Below, piece after piece: positions 56,465 to 64,000 of a stretch of DNA of 64,000 bases. The translations under genes were made by a program, and so were the position numbers. Source of the stretch: Minisyncoccota bacterium (GTDB lineage: Bacteria; Patescibacteriota; Minisyncoccia; Phycocordibacterales; Phycocordibacteraceae); assembly GCA_036405415.1 (NCBI GenBank), contig DASWXP010000002.1:272351-336350 (forward strand). The letters run 5' to 3'. The notes under the pieces are model-generated. The model did no database searches and had not been told where the DNA came from. It saw only the letters and a program-made list of their open reading frames with translations. Each line of letters starts with the position of its first letter. Position 1 is the first letter of the stretch.

Positions 56465-57259
56465 CTAAAGGGCCCGGATGCTCTCGACACTGACCACGCC
56501 CTTCACGTCGTACTTCATCCACCAATCTGAGCTCAGTATCTCGATCGGCACGAGCGTACCGGTCACCTCGATACGAGCATCTCCGGACGCCGTCATCCGC
56601 TCCTCGTCCGAGAGCAATGCCAGGTCGAGCGCGTAGTTTGATCCGTCGTCTGTGCGGAGGCCCTGCGCGCACTCCTTGGTCTGCGGGCCGGTCGTGTCCT
56701 TGTGCGGAAGGCAGATTATGGTTCCGGCGAGCGTTGCCGGGTTCGGGAGCACGGCCGCTGAAGCGCCTTCTGCAACGAGTTCGAGGTCGTACGGGAGGCC
56801 TGATTCGATGTCGTTACCATTGATATCGAGTATGCGGATCGTGTCGGCATCGACACGGATGAAACGCTGCGATACTTCCCCGTCGCCTTTATAAAGCGCG
56901 TATACCGTCGCGTCAGGATTCGTTCCTGTTCCGCGTTCCGTGGTCCAGCGACCGGACTCAACGAACGGCTCCACATCCCGCTCGAGGTACGTGAGGGAAA
57001 GCTCGTACGTTCCCTCGGCGCTATAGGCGCTGTCCTGCATGAGCGTTAGGCGCTGCACGATGCCCGGGCAGTCCGCGCACGGAGTCGTACCTTCGAAGGT
57101 GCCGAGCAGCACGCCTTCTGATACGGACCGTTCCGTAAGGGATGCCGGCGGCGGCACAAACGCGAGCACGGCAAGGGCGAGCACTATGAACGCGCCGAGC
57201 GCGATGATCTGGTTCTTGGTCATATGCTTTAAGGATAGCAAGGTCGCGAATGCGTTCAT
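56465..57259 (-). CDS. NlpE N-domain-like lipoprotein/secreted protein
   Basis: Signal/anchor, then GTTPCADCPGIVQRLTL resembling the NlpE N-terminal CXXC region. Directly upstream of the histidine kinase. Confidence 0.5.
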   Translation of the reverse strand: MNAFATLLSLKHMTKNQIIALGAFIVLALAVLAFVPPPASLTERSVSEGVLLGTFEGTTPCADCPGIVQRLTLMQDSAYSAEGTYELSLTYLERDVEPFVESGRWTTERGTGTNPDATVYALYKGDGEVSQRFIRVDADTIRILDINGNDIESGLPYDLELVAEGASAAVLPNPATLAGTIICLPHKDTTGPQTKECAQGLRTDDGSNYALDLALLSDEERMTASGDARIEVTGTLVPIEILSSDWWMKYDVKGVVSVESIRAL

Positions 57260-57278
57260 CCCACCCCCTGCATAACCT

Positions 57279-57638
57279 CTAGCGGAACCCACGGATGATG
57301 AGATCGCTGAATCCCCAGAGCGATAAGAGCGCGGTGAGCACTACGATCATACCGGTAAACGGAAGCGTTACCGGCATGCCGAGACCGTAGTGCCAGTACG
57401 CGGCACAGAGGAACCCTGTGATACCAATCACGATGTCGAGAACGACGTTCGGAGTGACCTCGATGATCTTGAGGAGCCATTCATACACTTCCCAGAGGAT
57501 TACAAGCACTATGGCGATACCGAACGCCCATGCAAATGAGAATCCGAGCCAGAAGAGCCCGGTACCGATGAGAATCCCTGACAGGAAATGCACCACGGAC
57601 CAGAGGTCCACGTACCGGCCGTGCTTCCAGGTATCCAT
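57279..57638 (-). CDS. Hypothetical 4-TM membrane protein
   Basis: 119 aa, hydrophobic, with host-like codon usage. Confidence 0.45.
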   Translation of the reverse strand: MDTWKHGRYVDLWSVVHFLSGILIGTGLFWLGFSFAWAFGIAIVLVILWEVYEWLLKIIEVTPNVVLDIVIGITGFLCAAYWHYGLGMPVTLPFTGMIVVLTALLSLWGFSDLIIRGFR

Positions 57639-57673
57639 AGGGTGAGTGTAGCAGGTATGCTATACCTACATCC

Positions 57674-58327
57674 ATGTTCCACCAGATAGAAGCGCTCATA
57701 CTCTCCTACGCTCCCCTACTGCCTTTGCCTGCGTTCGCAGCGCTCGCATCGTTTGCGGAAGAGATCGTCGCGCCGATACCGTCGGGCCCCGTGATGCTTA
57801 TCACCGGCACGCTCGCGCAGGTGCAGGGCTATACACTTCCCCTTCTCGTGGGTCTCGCGCTCGTCGCAGCCGTAGGCAAGCTCGCAGGATCGCTCGTCGT
57901 GTACTTCATCGCCGACAAGGCCGAGGACGTGTTCGCGGCGCGCTTCGCGAAATTCGTCGGGGTCTCGCATGAAGAGCTCGAGCGGTTCGGTTCGAGGCTG
58001 GGCAACGGCTGGAAAGACTACATGCTCCTCACGCTCCTGCGTACGCTTCCGTTCGTACCGAGCGTCGTTGTCTCGTTCGGGGCAGGCATGCTCAAGGTGC
58101 GGCTGAAGCTGTTTATCTTCGCGACCTTCATAGGCTCAATACTTCGCGATTTCACATTCCTCTATGCCGGCTACGCCGGACTCGCGTATGCGGAGCAACT
58201 CATGGAGCAGTTCTCGACGCTCGAATCCATCGGCCAGGTAGCGATAGCAAGCGCTGTCGCGCTCGCGCTCTTCGTATTGATATTCGTTCGCTACCGGAAG
58301 CGTCGCGCTACCACCACGTCCCGCTGA
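57674..58327 (+). CDS. DedA/SNARE-associated (VTT domain) family membrane protein
   Basis: DedA-family pattern (FIGSILRDFTFLYAGY plus re-entrant loop motifs), 217 aa. Confidence 0.75.
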   Translation: MFHQIEALILSYAPLLPLPAFAALASFAEEIVAPIPSGPVMLITGTLAQVQGYTLPLLVGLALVAAVGKLAGSLVVYFIADKAEDVFAARFAKFVGVSHEELERFGSRLGNGWKDYMLLTLLRTLPFVPSVVVSFGAGMLKVRLKLFIFATFIGSILRDFTFLYAGYAGLAYAEQLMEQFSTLESIGQVAIASAVALALFVLIFVRYRKRRATTTSR

Positions 58328-60659
58328 CGCCGAGCGCTTTCATCTTCGCGCGCGTGAGCGGACCGAAGTATCCGACGGACGGAGAGATGCCGTTCGCGGC
58401 CTGGAAGCGTGCGAGCGCGCTCCTGGTGAGTGCTCCGAAGAACATCGTCTCGCTTCCTGGAGCCCCGAGTCCCTCGGCTGCGAGCGCGAAGCCGTTTCCG
58501 TTCAGGAGCTTCTGGAGCATCCGCACGTCCTCCCCATCCATGGAGGTCTCAAGGTCTCGGACCTGAACCGTCCCGGACGCAGCTACCGCGCTCGGGAAGA
58601 GGCGCGGCCACTCGGCCTTAAGCGCATCCGCTTCCGCTACCTTGCCCATGTCCGCGAGGTTCCTCACGCGGGACGCGATAGAGCCTCCGCTGCGGCTTCC
58701 GGTTGAGCCGGACTCGGCCGCCGGCACCGTGCCGAATATCGCGAAGATCGAGAAGTTCGGCGTGTCGCAGGTTATGGTGTTGGCTGCCATGTCGAGACTG
58801 CAGCCTGAGAGCTGTTCCCACGCATTGTCATGATAGTGGTGCATGGTGAGCGTGCGCTCATCGAGCCCCGCGATATCCTCGTCGGTATAGGTGTAGGTGA
58901 TCGTCACCGGATGATCGAACGAGTCGAGCACGGTGGTGGAGTTCACGAGCGCCGTCACGTTGAACGCGACTGCTGCTGCGCTATAGAGGCTCCCGGGAAG
59001 GCCGATCTCCGTGAGTATCGGTTCAGATTCCTGCGCATGGATCTGGATCACTACCGTAGAGCTCGTGGCGGTGAAGTTCGCGGGAGTAGCGACGGAGATC
59101 GAGCGTCCTGAATCGGTAAGAGTTGTGGTGGTAGTAGCGTTCGCGGCAACCGAGTTGGTGGTCGCAAGCCGCGGCTCTGCCCCTACGCAGCCAAGCGTCG
59201 TGAAGCTTGCGGGGGTCGAGGTAGCGCGATTCCCCGCAGCGTCTGCCGAGGTGACCTTGTACGCATACGTGGTGCAGGACGAGAGGCCGGAGAGCGACGC
59301 GGTATGGCTCGTGACGCGCGAGCTCGTGTCGGTCTCGCTGGTGGTGCTTGCGTATCCGGTGCCTACCGAGTACACCGCCTTGGTCGAGGACTGCTCGTTC
59401 GTCGTCCAGGTGAGCGCTGCGGTCGTGGTAGCAGCGCTCGCTGAGACGCTCGAGATAACAGGCGCGGTCACGTCCGCGGTCGTGAAGGACCAGGTAGTCT
59501 TGCTGCTGATGCCTGCAAAGAAATTGTTCGATCCGTCACGGAACGCCGTGTTCGGTACGAGCACGTAGTACTGGACGCCTTCTTCGAGCGTGACGCTTGG
59601 GTTGATCGTGATGGACGATGAGCCGCCGCCAGACACGAGGTTGCCTGCCACATCTATGGACTCTACGATGCTGTCATCCGAGGATTTCCTTATGGTGATT
59701 GCGCCGGTGCTCGTGCTCACTGACTTGCTGAACCCGATCACGAGGTTCGCTGTGACGGACGCGGACGTATTGCCGTTCGTTGGGGAGAGCGAGGTTACGG
59801 CAGGCACGTCGGCCGTCACCACCGAGATGTTGGCTGCGACCACGGTCGGGTTCGCGCCAGGCGCGCCGAACTCTGCTACGTATCCCGGAAGGCTGAACCC
59901 TGAACACGGGAGGTCGTTCCACTTTCCAGTACCTCCCGTGAGGTACTGCGCGCAATCCTCGCCACCGGCATCATTCGGCTCCCCGGTACCCCAGTTCGCG
60001 TAATTGCCGCCGACGGTGCTTCCGCCTGACAGTCCGCTCCAGAACTGCGTGCCGTTCTCAGGTCCCGTCACCCATCGCCATGCTCCTTCCGAGGCGCTGT
60101 CGCTCGCACCCATCCACCCGGCGTTCGAGAGGCGCGCCGTAACGAAGCTGTTCTCGTTCGCAGACGAGATAGTGGCGAGATAGCCGGTAGCGCCGTAGAG
60201 CGTGAGCGCTTCCGCTTTCGTCTTGGCGGCGTTCCAGTCGCCCGCATCAGATATGTACTTGTAGAGGTGGCCGTTGTCCTCGAAGAAAACCTCGCCAGCT
60301 TCCACGAGCGATACCTCGAGCGTGTCGGTGCCCGTGCTTGCACGCGTGTACTTCAAGGTCGCGAGCGCCGCATTGATGTTCGCCACGGTACCGGTGAAAC
60401 TAACGCTCGTGCCTGAGGAACTCCCACTGAACGTGAGTCCCGTGGTGGTGGTCATGGAGAGCGTTCCGCTCGTAGCACGCAAGCGGACCGGAGTCGTAGA
60501 AGCTGCAGGTCCCACGATCTGGAAGCCGGTTATGGATGTCGCGACGTTCGGCGTGGTGGTCGCATTGTTGCCCGTTGTAAGCGTGAGCGCTGCGTGCGCC
60601 GAAGGTGCATACGAAAGGAGCGCCCCAAGTGCGAGGAAGGAAGCCAGGAACAGTTTCAT
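58308..60659 (-). CDS. Large secreted cell-wall-associated protein: signal peptide, C-type lectin domain (EPN/WND), Ig-like/FN3 repeats, C-terminal peptidoglycan-binding domain
   Basis: CTLD signature GWMGASDSASEGAWRWV...WGTGEPNDAGGEDCAQYLTGGTGKWNDLPCSG. Ser/Thr-rich beta-sandwich repeats. C-terminal PG_binding_1-like VRMLQKLLNGNGF...FQAANGISPSVGYFGPLTRAKMKAL. The ATG is 7 nt after GGTATACT. Confidence 0.8.
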   Translation of the reverse strand: MKLFLASFLALGALLSYAPSAHAALTLTTGNNATTTPNVATSITGFQIVGPAASTTPVRLRATSGTLSMTTTTGLTFSGSSSGTSVSFTGTVANINAALATLKYTRASTGTDTLEVSLVEAGEVFFEDNGHLYKYISDAGDWNAAKTKAEALTLYGATGYLATISSANENSFVTARLSNAGWMGASDSASEGAWRWVTGPENGTQFWSGLSGGSTVGGNYANWGTGEPNDAGGEDCAQYLTGGTGKWNDLPCSGFSLPGYVAEFGAPGANPTVVAANISVVTADVPAVTSLSPTNGNTSASVTANLVIGFSKSVSTSTGAITIRKSSDDSIVESIDVAGNLVSGGGSSSITINPSVTLEEGVQYYVLVPNTAFRDGSNNFFAGISSKTTWSFTTADVTAPVISSVSASAATTTAALTWTTNEQSSTKAVYSVGTGYASTTSETDTSSRVTSHTASLSGLSSCTTYAYKVTSADAAGNRATSTPASFTTLGCVGAEPRLATTNSVAANATTTTTLTDSGRSISVATPANFTATSSTVVIQIHAQESEPILTEIGLPGSLYSAAAVAFNVTALVNSTTVLDSFDHPVTITYTYTDEDIAGLDERTLTMHHYHDNAWEQLSGCSLDMAANTITCDTPNFSIFAIFGTVPAAESGSTGSRSGGSIASRVRNLADMGKVAEADALKAEWPRLFPSAVAASGTVQVRDLETSMDGEDVRMLQKLLNGNGFALAAEGLGAPGSETMFFGALTRSALARFQAANGISPSVGYFGPLTRAKMKALGVSGTWW

Positions 60660-60688
60660 GAAGAAAAGTATACCCCACCCAAGTGGTG

Positions 60689-61234
60689 CTACACGAGCAG
60701 TACCTTCAGTGCGAGCAGCATTATAACGAGCGCTCCCGCTATCTCGAGCTTGGTGCCGATCAGGTGCTTGATATGCCTTCCAACGTAGATGCCGCAAAGG
60801 CAGGCAGCAAACGTGACGAGACCGATGGCAAGCACGGCGAACGAGAGTGACACCGGGATGAACGTGAACGATATGCCCGCGACAAGCGCGTCGATGCTCG
60901 TCGCAACCGCAAGTGCGATGAGGGTCTTGGTACGGAGTATGTTCCGTTCTTCATCTTCACTCTCAGGACCGAGCGCTTCCTTGAGCATCTTGAGTCCTAC
61001 GAGCATGAGGAGCGTGAAGCCGATAAGGTTCCCGTATGCAGCAAGCGGGCTCTGGAACGCGAGTCCTCCGGCCCAGCCGATGAGCGGCATCATTCCCTGG
61101 AACAGGCCTAAGACGCCCGCGATATAGACCGCGCGGGTATGCGTGATGCGGTTGAGCGCTCCGGCACCGACCGCAACCACTACCGCATCGAGCGACAGCC
61201 CGACGGCAAGAATAAGAATCTCTACAGGAGACAT
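60689..61234 (-). CDS. mntP: Manganese efflux pump MntP
   Basis: Duplicated DUF204 repeats and 6 TM segments in 181 aa. SD present. Confidence 0.8.
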   Translation of the reverse strand: MSPVEILILAVGLSLDAVVVAVGAGALNRITHTRAVYIAGVLGLFQGMMPLIGWAGGLAFQSPLAAYGNLIGFTLLMLVGLKMLKEALGPESEDEERNILRTKTLIALAVATSIDALVAGISFTFIPVSLSFAVLAIGLVTFAACLCGIYVGRHIKHLIGTKLEIAGALVIMLLALKVLLV

Positions 61235-61261
61235 GTGGTCTTCCCTTCTGTACTACAGTCT

Positions 61262-61627
61262 CTACTGCGCGTACCAGGCCTGCATCCAGTCTTTCATCAT
61301 CTGGATCTCTGAGGCCTGCGCGGAGAGTATGGCCTGTGCGAGATCCTTGATCTCCTGATGCTTTGCGCTCATGAGCGCCGCCTCTGCCATCTCAATAGCA
61401 CCCTCATGATGCGCGATCATCTCTTCGAGGAACGCCTGATCAAACGCGTCTCCGGTCTTTCCCTCTAAAGACTGCGTCATGTGTTCCATCTCGGCATGCA
61501 TATCACGGGAGCCATGCGACATAGGCGCATCATCTCCCACTTCTTTCCCGGTAACGGCCATGACGGCTCCAGCACCGATAACAACACCTATTGCGCCCAC
61601 GACGATGGTTTTGACGGTTTCGTTCAT
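61262..61627 (-). CDS. DUF305 domain protein (periplasmic, four-helix-bundle type)
   Basis: HHEGAIEMAE and MMKDWMQAW motifs with an N-terminal anchor. Likely co-transcribed with mntP. Confidence 0.7.
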   Translation of the reverse strand: MNETVKTIVVGAIGVVIGAGAVMAVTGKEVGDDAPMSHGSRDMHAEMEHMTQSLEGKTGDAFDQAFLEEMIAHHEGAIEMAEAALMSAKHQEIKDLAQAILSAQASEIQMMKDWMQAWYAQ

Positions 61628-61676
61628 GCGGAAAGTATACCAGCGTGGGTCAAAAGTTCCTGCTTAAGGCTCTGGA

Positions 61677-62387
61677 TCAGCGCATGGGCACCTCGATGAG
61701 GATTACCGAAGCAGAATCTGTTGCAGAAAGAGTTATCGACTCAAACTCTGATACCCCTAGGCCGTCTCGTGCGCCAAATTCTATATCTCCGACCGTGACG
61801 CTTCCCCCAACCACAAACACATAAACCCCGTGCTCTTCGGTGCGCAGAGCATATGACAAAGGATGCGCGGCATCGATTCTTGCATAAGAGATATAGGCAT
61901 CTTGCTGAATGGGCAGCGAACCCTCGCGCCCTCCCTCGCTCGCTAAAAGCGCTATGCCCGGAGCCTGCTCTCCAAGATTAAATGCCTTCTGCGCGTAGTT
62001 GGGTTCGCTGTTGGGCTTATTGGTCTCTATCCATATCTGAAACAGCGTCAGCGGTTCTTCCTCTGACTTATTCTCTTCTGCGTGTGTCACTCCCGTCCCC
62101 GCAGACATAACCTGTACGTCGCCTGCCGGAACGTCAAAAGAATTTCCGAGGCTATCGGTATGCGTAACCGTTCCGCCCGTTACGATGGTAATGATCTCCA
62201 TGTCCCTATGGGAATGCGCACCGAATCCCGTTGAGGGCGCGATCTGGTCGTCGTTCAATACGCGCAGCTTGCCGAAGCCCATCCGGGTTGGATCGTACCA
62301 GTTCGCAAAGCTGAAGCTATACCTAGTTGATAGCCATCCGTAGTCTCCCCCGCCTCGTGTGGTTGATCGATGTAGTAGCGTTTTCAT
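61677..62387 (-). CDS. Pirin family protein (bicupin)
   Basis: HSHRDMEIITIV metal-binding motif and bicupin length (236 aa). Confidence 0.85.
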   Translation of the reverse strand: MKTLLHRSTTRGGGDYGWLSTRYSFSFANWYDPTRMGFGKLRVLNDDQIAPSTGFGAHSHRDMEIITIVTGGTVTHTDSLGNSFDVPAGDVQVMSAGTGVTHAEENKSEEEPLTLFQIWIETNKPNSEPNYAQKAFNLGEQAPGIALLASEGGREGSLPIQQDAYISYARIDAAHPLSYALRTEEHGVYVFVVGGSVTVGDIEFGARDGLGVSEFESITLSATDSASVILIEVPMR

Positions 62388-62423
62388 ACTCTGATTGTTT
62401 AGATAGTATTCGAGCTAACCTGA

Positions 62424-63266
62424 CTATTTGATGCCGTAGAAATCGTAGAAATCCTGGATATTTCCATGAGCCGTTCGAGGCGGCATTGGGAGCGCATCGG
62501 CAAGTCTGTCTAGCGGCACCTCCCTCGCTTTCTCAAGGAACTCGTCTGCGAGTTCCTGTTTGAATCCATACTCACCGGGCTTCTTATCTTTTCCTCCGAG
62601 GAATTGGCCCCATATGGCAAGTCCCCGATCCCAACGCTTGGGCTGGTAGTCTATTCCTCCAACAATAAAGGTATCTGGATAGAGACGCCGATATGCTTCA
62701 AGATTATAGAGGTTCGTGCATCCTCGAACGTATCTTGCGTCAGGATGCTTTTCTTTTACTTCGCGGAACATTTGTGCGAGCTCGCTTTTCCTGCGTTCTA
62801 GTTTTTCTTTACTGAGCGGCCCTGTTGAGACGAGTTCCCCATCCTTCCATTCCTCATCGGCCTCACCGTTAAAGAAGTGCACGCGCACAGTCTTTGTGTC
62901 CTCCTCATAATCATAGGAAGAGCAGCCAAAACGTCCGTCCTCTTCATTCCGATATGGCACACCCTTCATGCCATAGCTCTTTCGACGCTCGAGCTGCTCT
63001 GCATACCCGGCCTCAAGTGCGTTCTCGTCAGTTATGCCTGGCAGGAGCTCTTTCTTGCCATCTTCAGTACGTATAGCAGCGTTAAGGAGCGGCGCGTACT
63101 GCTTGATAGCTTCGATAAGCGGCAAGTCTTGACGCTCTGCCATGAGCTTCGCGAACGCGAATTGCGTATCAAATAACCCCTTTGGATAAACAAATTGGAG
63201 ATTGTCTTTCCAGTACTCGGGCGTCTGAATCGATTCAGATTTATGGAGCTGTGGTGAGTGTTCCAT
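62424..63266 (-). CDS. Hypothetical protein (280 aa), lower GC (about 50%)
   Basis: Long ORF with coherent coding periodicity but atypical composition. No family recognised. Confidence 0.5.
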   Translation of the reverse strand: MEHSPQLHKSESIQTPEYWKDNLQFVYPKGLFDTQFAFAKLMAERQDLPLIEAIKQYAPLLNAAIRTEDGKKELLPGITDENALEAGYAEQLERRKSYGMKGVPYRNEEDGRFGCSSYDYEEDTKTVRVHFFNGEADEEWKDGELVSTGPLSKEKLERRKSELAQMFREVKEKHPDARYVRGCTNLYNLEAYRRLYPDTFIVGGIDYQPKRWDRGLAIWGQFLGGKDKKPGEYGFKQELADEFLEKAREVPLDRLADALPMPPRTAHGNIQDFYDFYGIK

Positions 63267-63398
63267 GCCACCTAATTAGAGCACAAGATCTTCGAGCTGG
63301 TTGTTTGGGGCGGTATTAGAACTATTCTGTCCTTTCGCTTATTGATTTACTAGATAAGTGTGATATAAAATAAACGAACCCTGAATTGGAGAAGTTCA

Positions 63399-63803
63399 TT
63401 GGAAGAAAGCACACTAGCCATCCTGACTGAAACCCAGAGTCGACTTTCGCGGCTCATATCGGAGGAAGAGCCCCGCTACCCTCCGAGACAACTACGACTT
63501 CAATCGCCTGGTGCCGTTATTCTCGGCAGGGCATCGAGGGAGCAGCAGGCGATCGCAACGCTCTATGGACAGATCTGCACAGAGCATTGGGAAGCCCATA
63601 AAGCTTCCGGGCTCCCTGAGAAAATCACTCCTCGTGTGAGCTTCGATCATCATTACAACCATGTGGCGGCTCCCATGCTGTCCGAGTTGCTGATATGGTC
63701 GGCGCACAGGGATTACCCAGATATCTCTGAGACGATGTCCATCGGCGCAATTCAGATCGATAACGACTGGAACATGTACGCGATACCAAGAATTGCGTCA
63801 TGA
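63399..63803 (+). CDS. Hypothetical protein (134 aa), lower GC
   Basis: ORF with atypical composition adjacent to tRNA-Gln. Weak support. Confidence 0.35.
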   Translation: MEESTLAILTETQSRLSRLISEEEPRYPPRQLRLQSPGAVILGRASREQQAIATLYGQICTEHWEAHKASGLPEKITPRVSFDHHYNHVAAPMLSELLIWSAHRDYPDISETMSIGAIQIDNDWNMYAIPRIAS

Positions 63804-63871
63804 CCGCTCGAACAAAAAGGAACTGCCCGTTCCTTTCGGTTCGGGCGGTTTCTTTTTTATAAATCTACGAG

Positions 63872-63942
63872 CTGCCGGGCAGGGACTCGAACCCCGATTG
63901 ACGGTGCCAGAAACCGCTGTCCTACCTTTAGACGACCCGGCA
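63872..63942 (-). tRNA. tRNA-Gln (anticodon CTG), U1-A72, no encoded CCA
   Basis: Manual cloverleaf: acceptor TGCCGGG/CCCGGCA, anticodon stem GCGGT/ACCGT, loop TTCTGGC, T-arm CGGGGTTCGAGTCCCTG. Confidence 0.8.
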
Positions 63943-64000
63943 ATACCGAGGAGCGGCCGAAACCGCTCCCGGTTCGCACACAATACCTGGAAACCCAGGC

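Noticed and set aside
44823-61646. Exact 16800-bp spacing between the two identical 24-mers as a sign of a large tandem duplication
   Set aside because: Flanking sequence is unrelated beyond the 24 nt promoter-start module. The spacing is probably a coincidence.

Overview
This is a high-GC (about 62%), tightly packed bacterial chromosomal segment, read directly from the six-frame translations and the DNA. Most genes are single housekeeping or envelope genes separated by short spacers that carry strong GC-rich hairpin terminators.

Recognisable products include FtsZ, thioredoxin reductase, TsaD, ValRS, LepA, MurJ, HtpX/LemA, GroES/GroEL, SecG, RNase J, Nth, Bcp, MsrB, a DEAD-box helicase, TypA, Def, MltG, an RND efflux pair, a histidine kinase with a receiver-only response regulator, MntP and pirin. 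There are eight tRNAs (Ser-CGA, Glu-TTC, Val-GAC, Phe-GAA, Arg-CCT, Gly-CCC, Ser-GGA, Gln-CTG; only some encode CCA) and an unannotated type-A RNase P RNA. No rRNA, CRISPR array or obvious transposase is present.

Gene content, compactness, the scarcity of Shine-Dalgarno sequences and many genes whose ATG lies 6-8 nt downstream of a TGnTAYACT extended -10 box point to leaderless transcripts. By inference this suggests a small-genome lineage, possibly Patescibacteria/CPR-like; it does not look alphaproteobacterial.

The most unusual region is a 2 kb mosaic islet between groES and secG. It holds three unrelated small membrane-protein genes, each with its own consensus sigma70 promoter and a shared CCCCCGGGA hairpin terminator, and their composition and codon usage differ from the host.

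Other notable items:
- a GcrA-family regulator with near-alphaproteobacterial sequence;
- a standalone DnaA-domain-IV protein with a zinc ribbon;
- a cell-wall-anchored giant protein with an EPN/WND C-type lectin domain;
- a cyanophycin-synthetase-like protein lacking its Mur-ligase half;
- MutY-like and Nth glycosylases with incomplete or absent Fe-S cysteine sets;
- RGG-rich tails on RNase J and the DEAD-box helicase;
- a low-GC HTH/LAGLIDADG-like gene abutting tRNA-Arg(CCT);
- a 9-N9-9 inverted repeat in the groESL leader that is not CIRCE.
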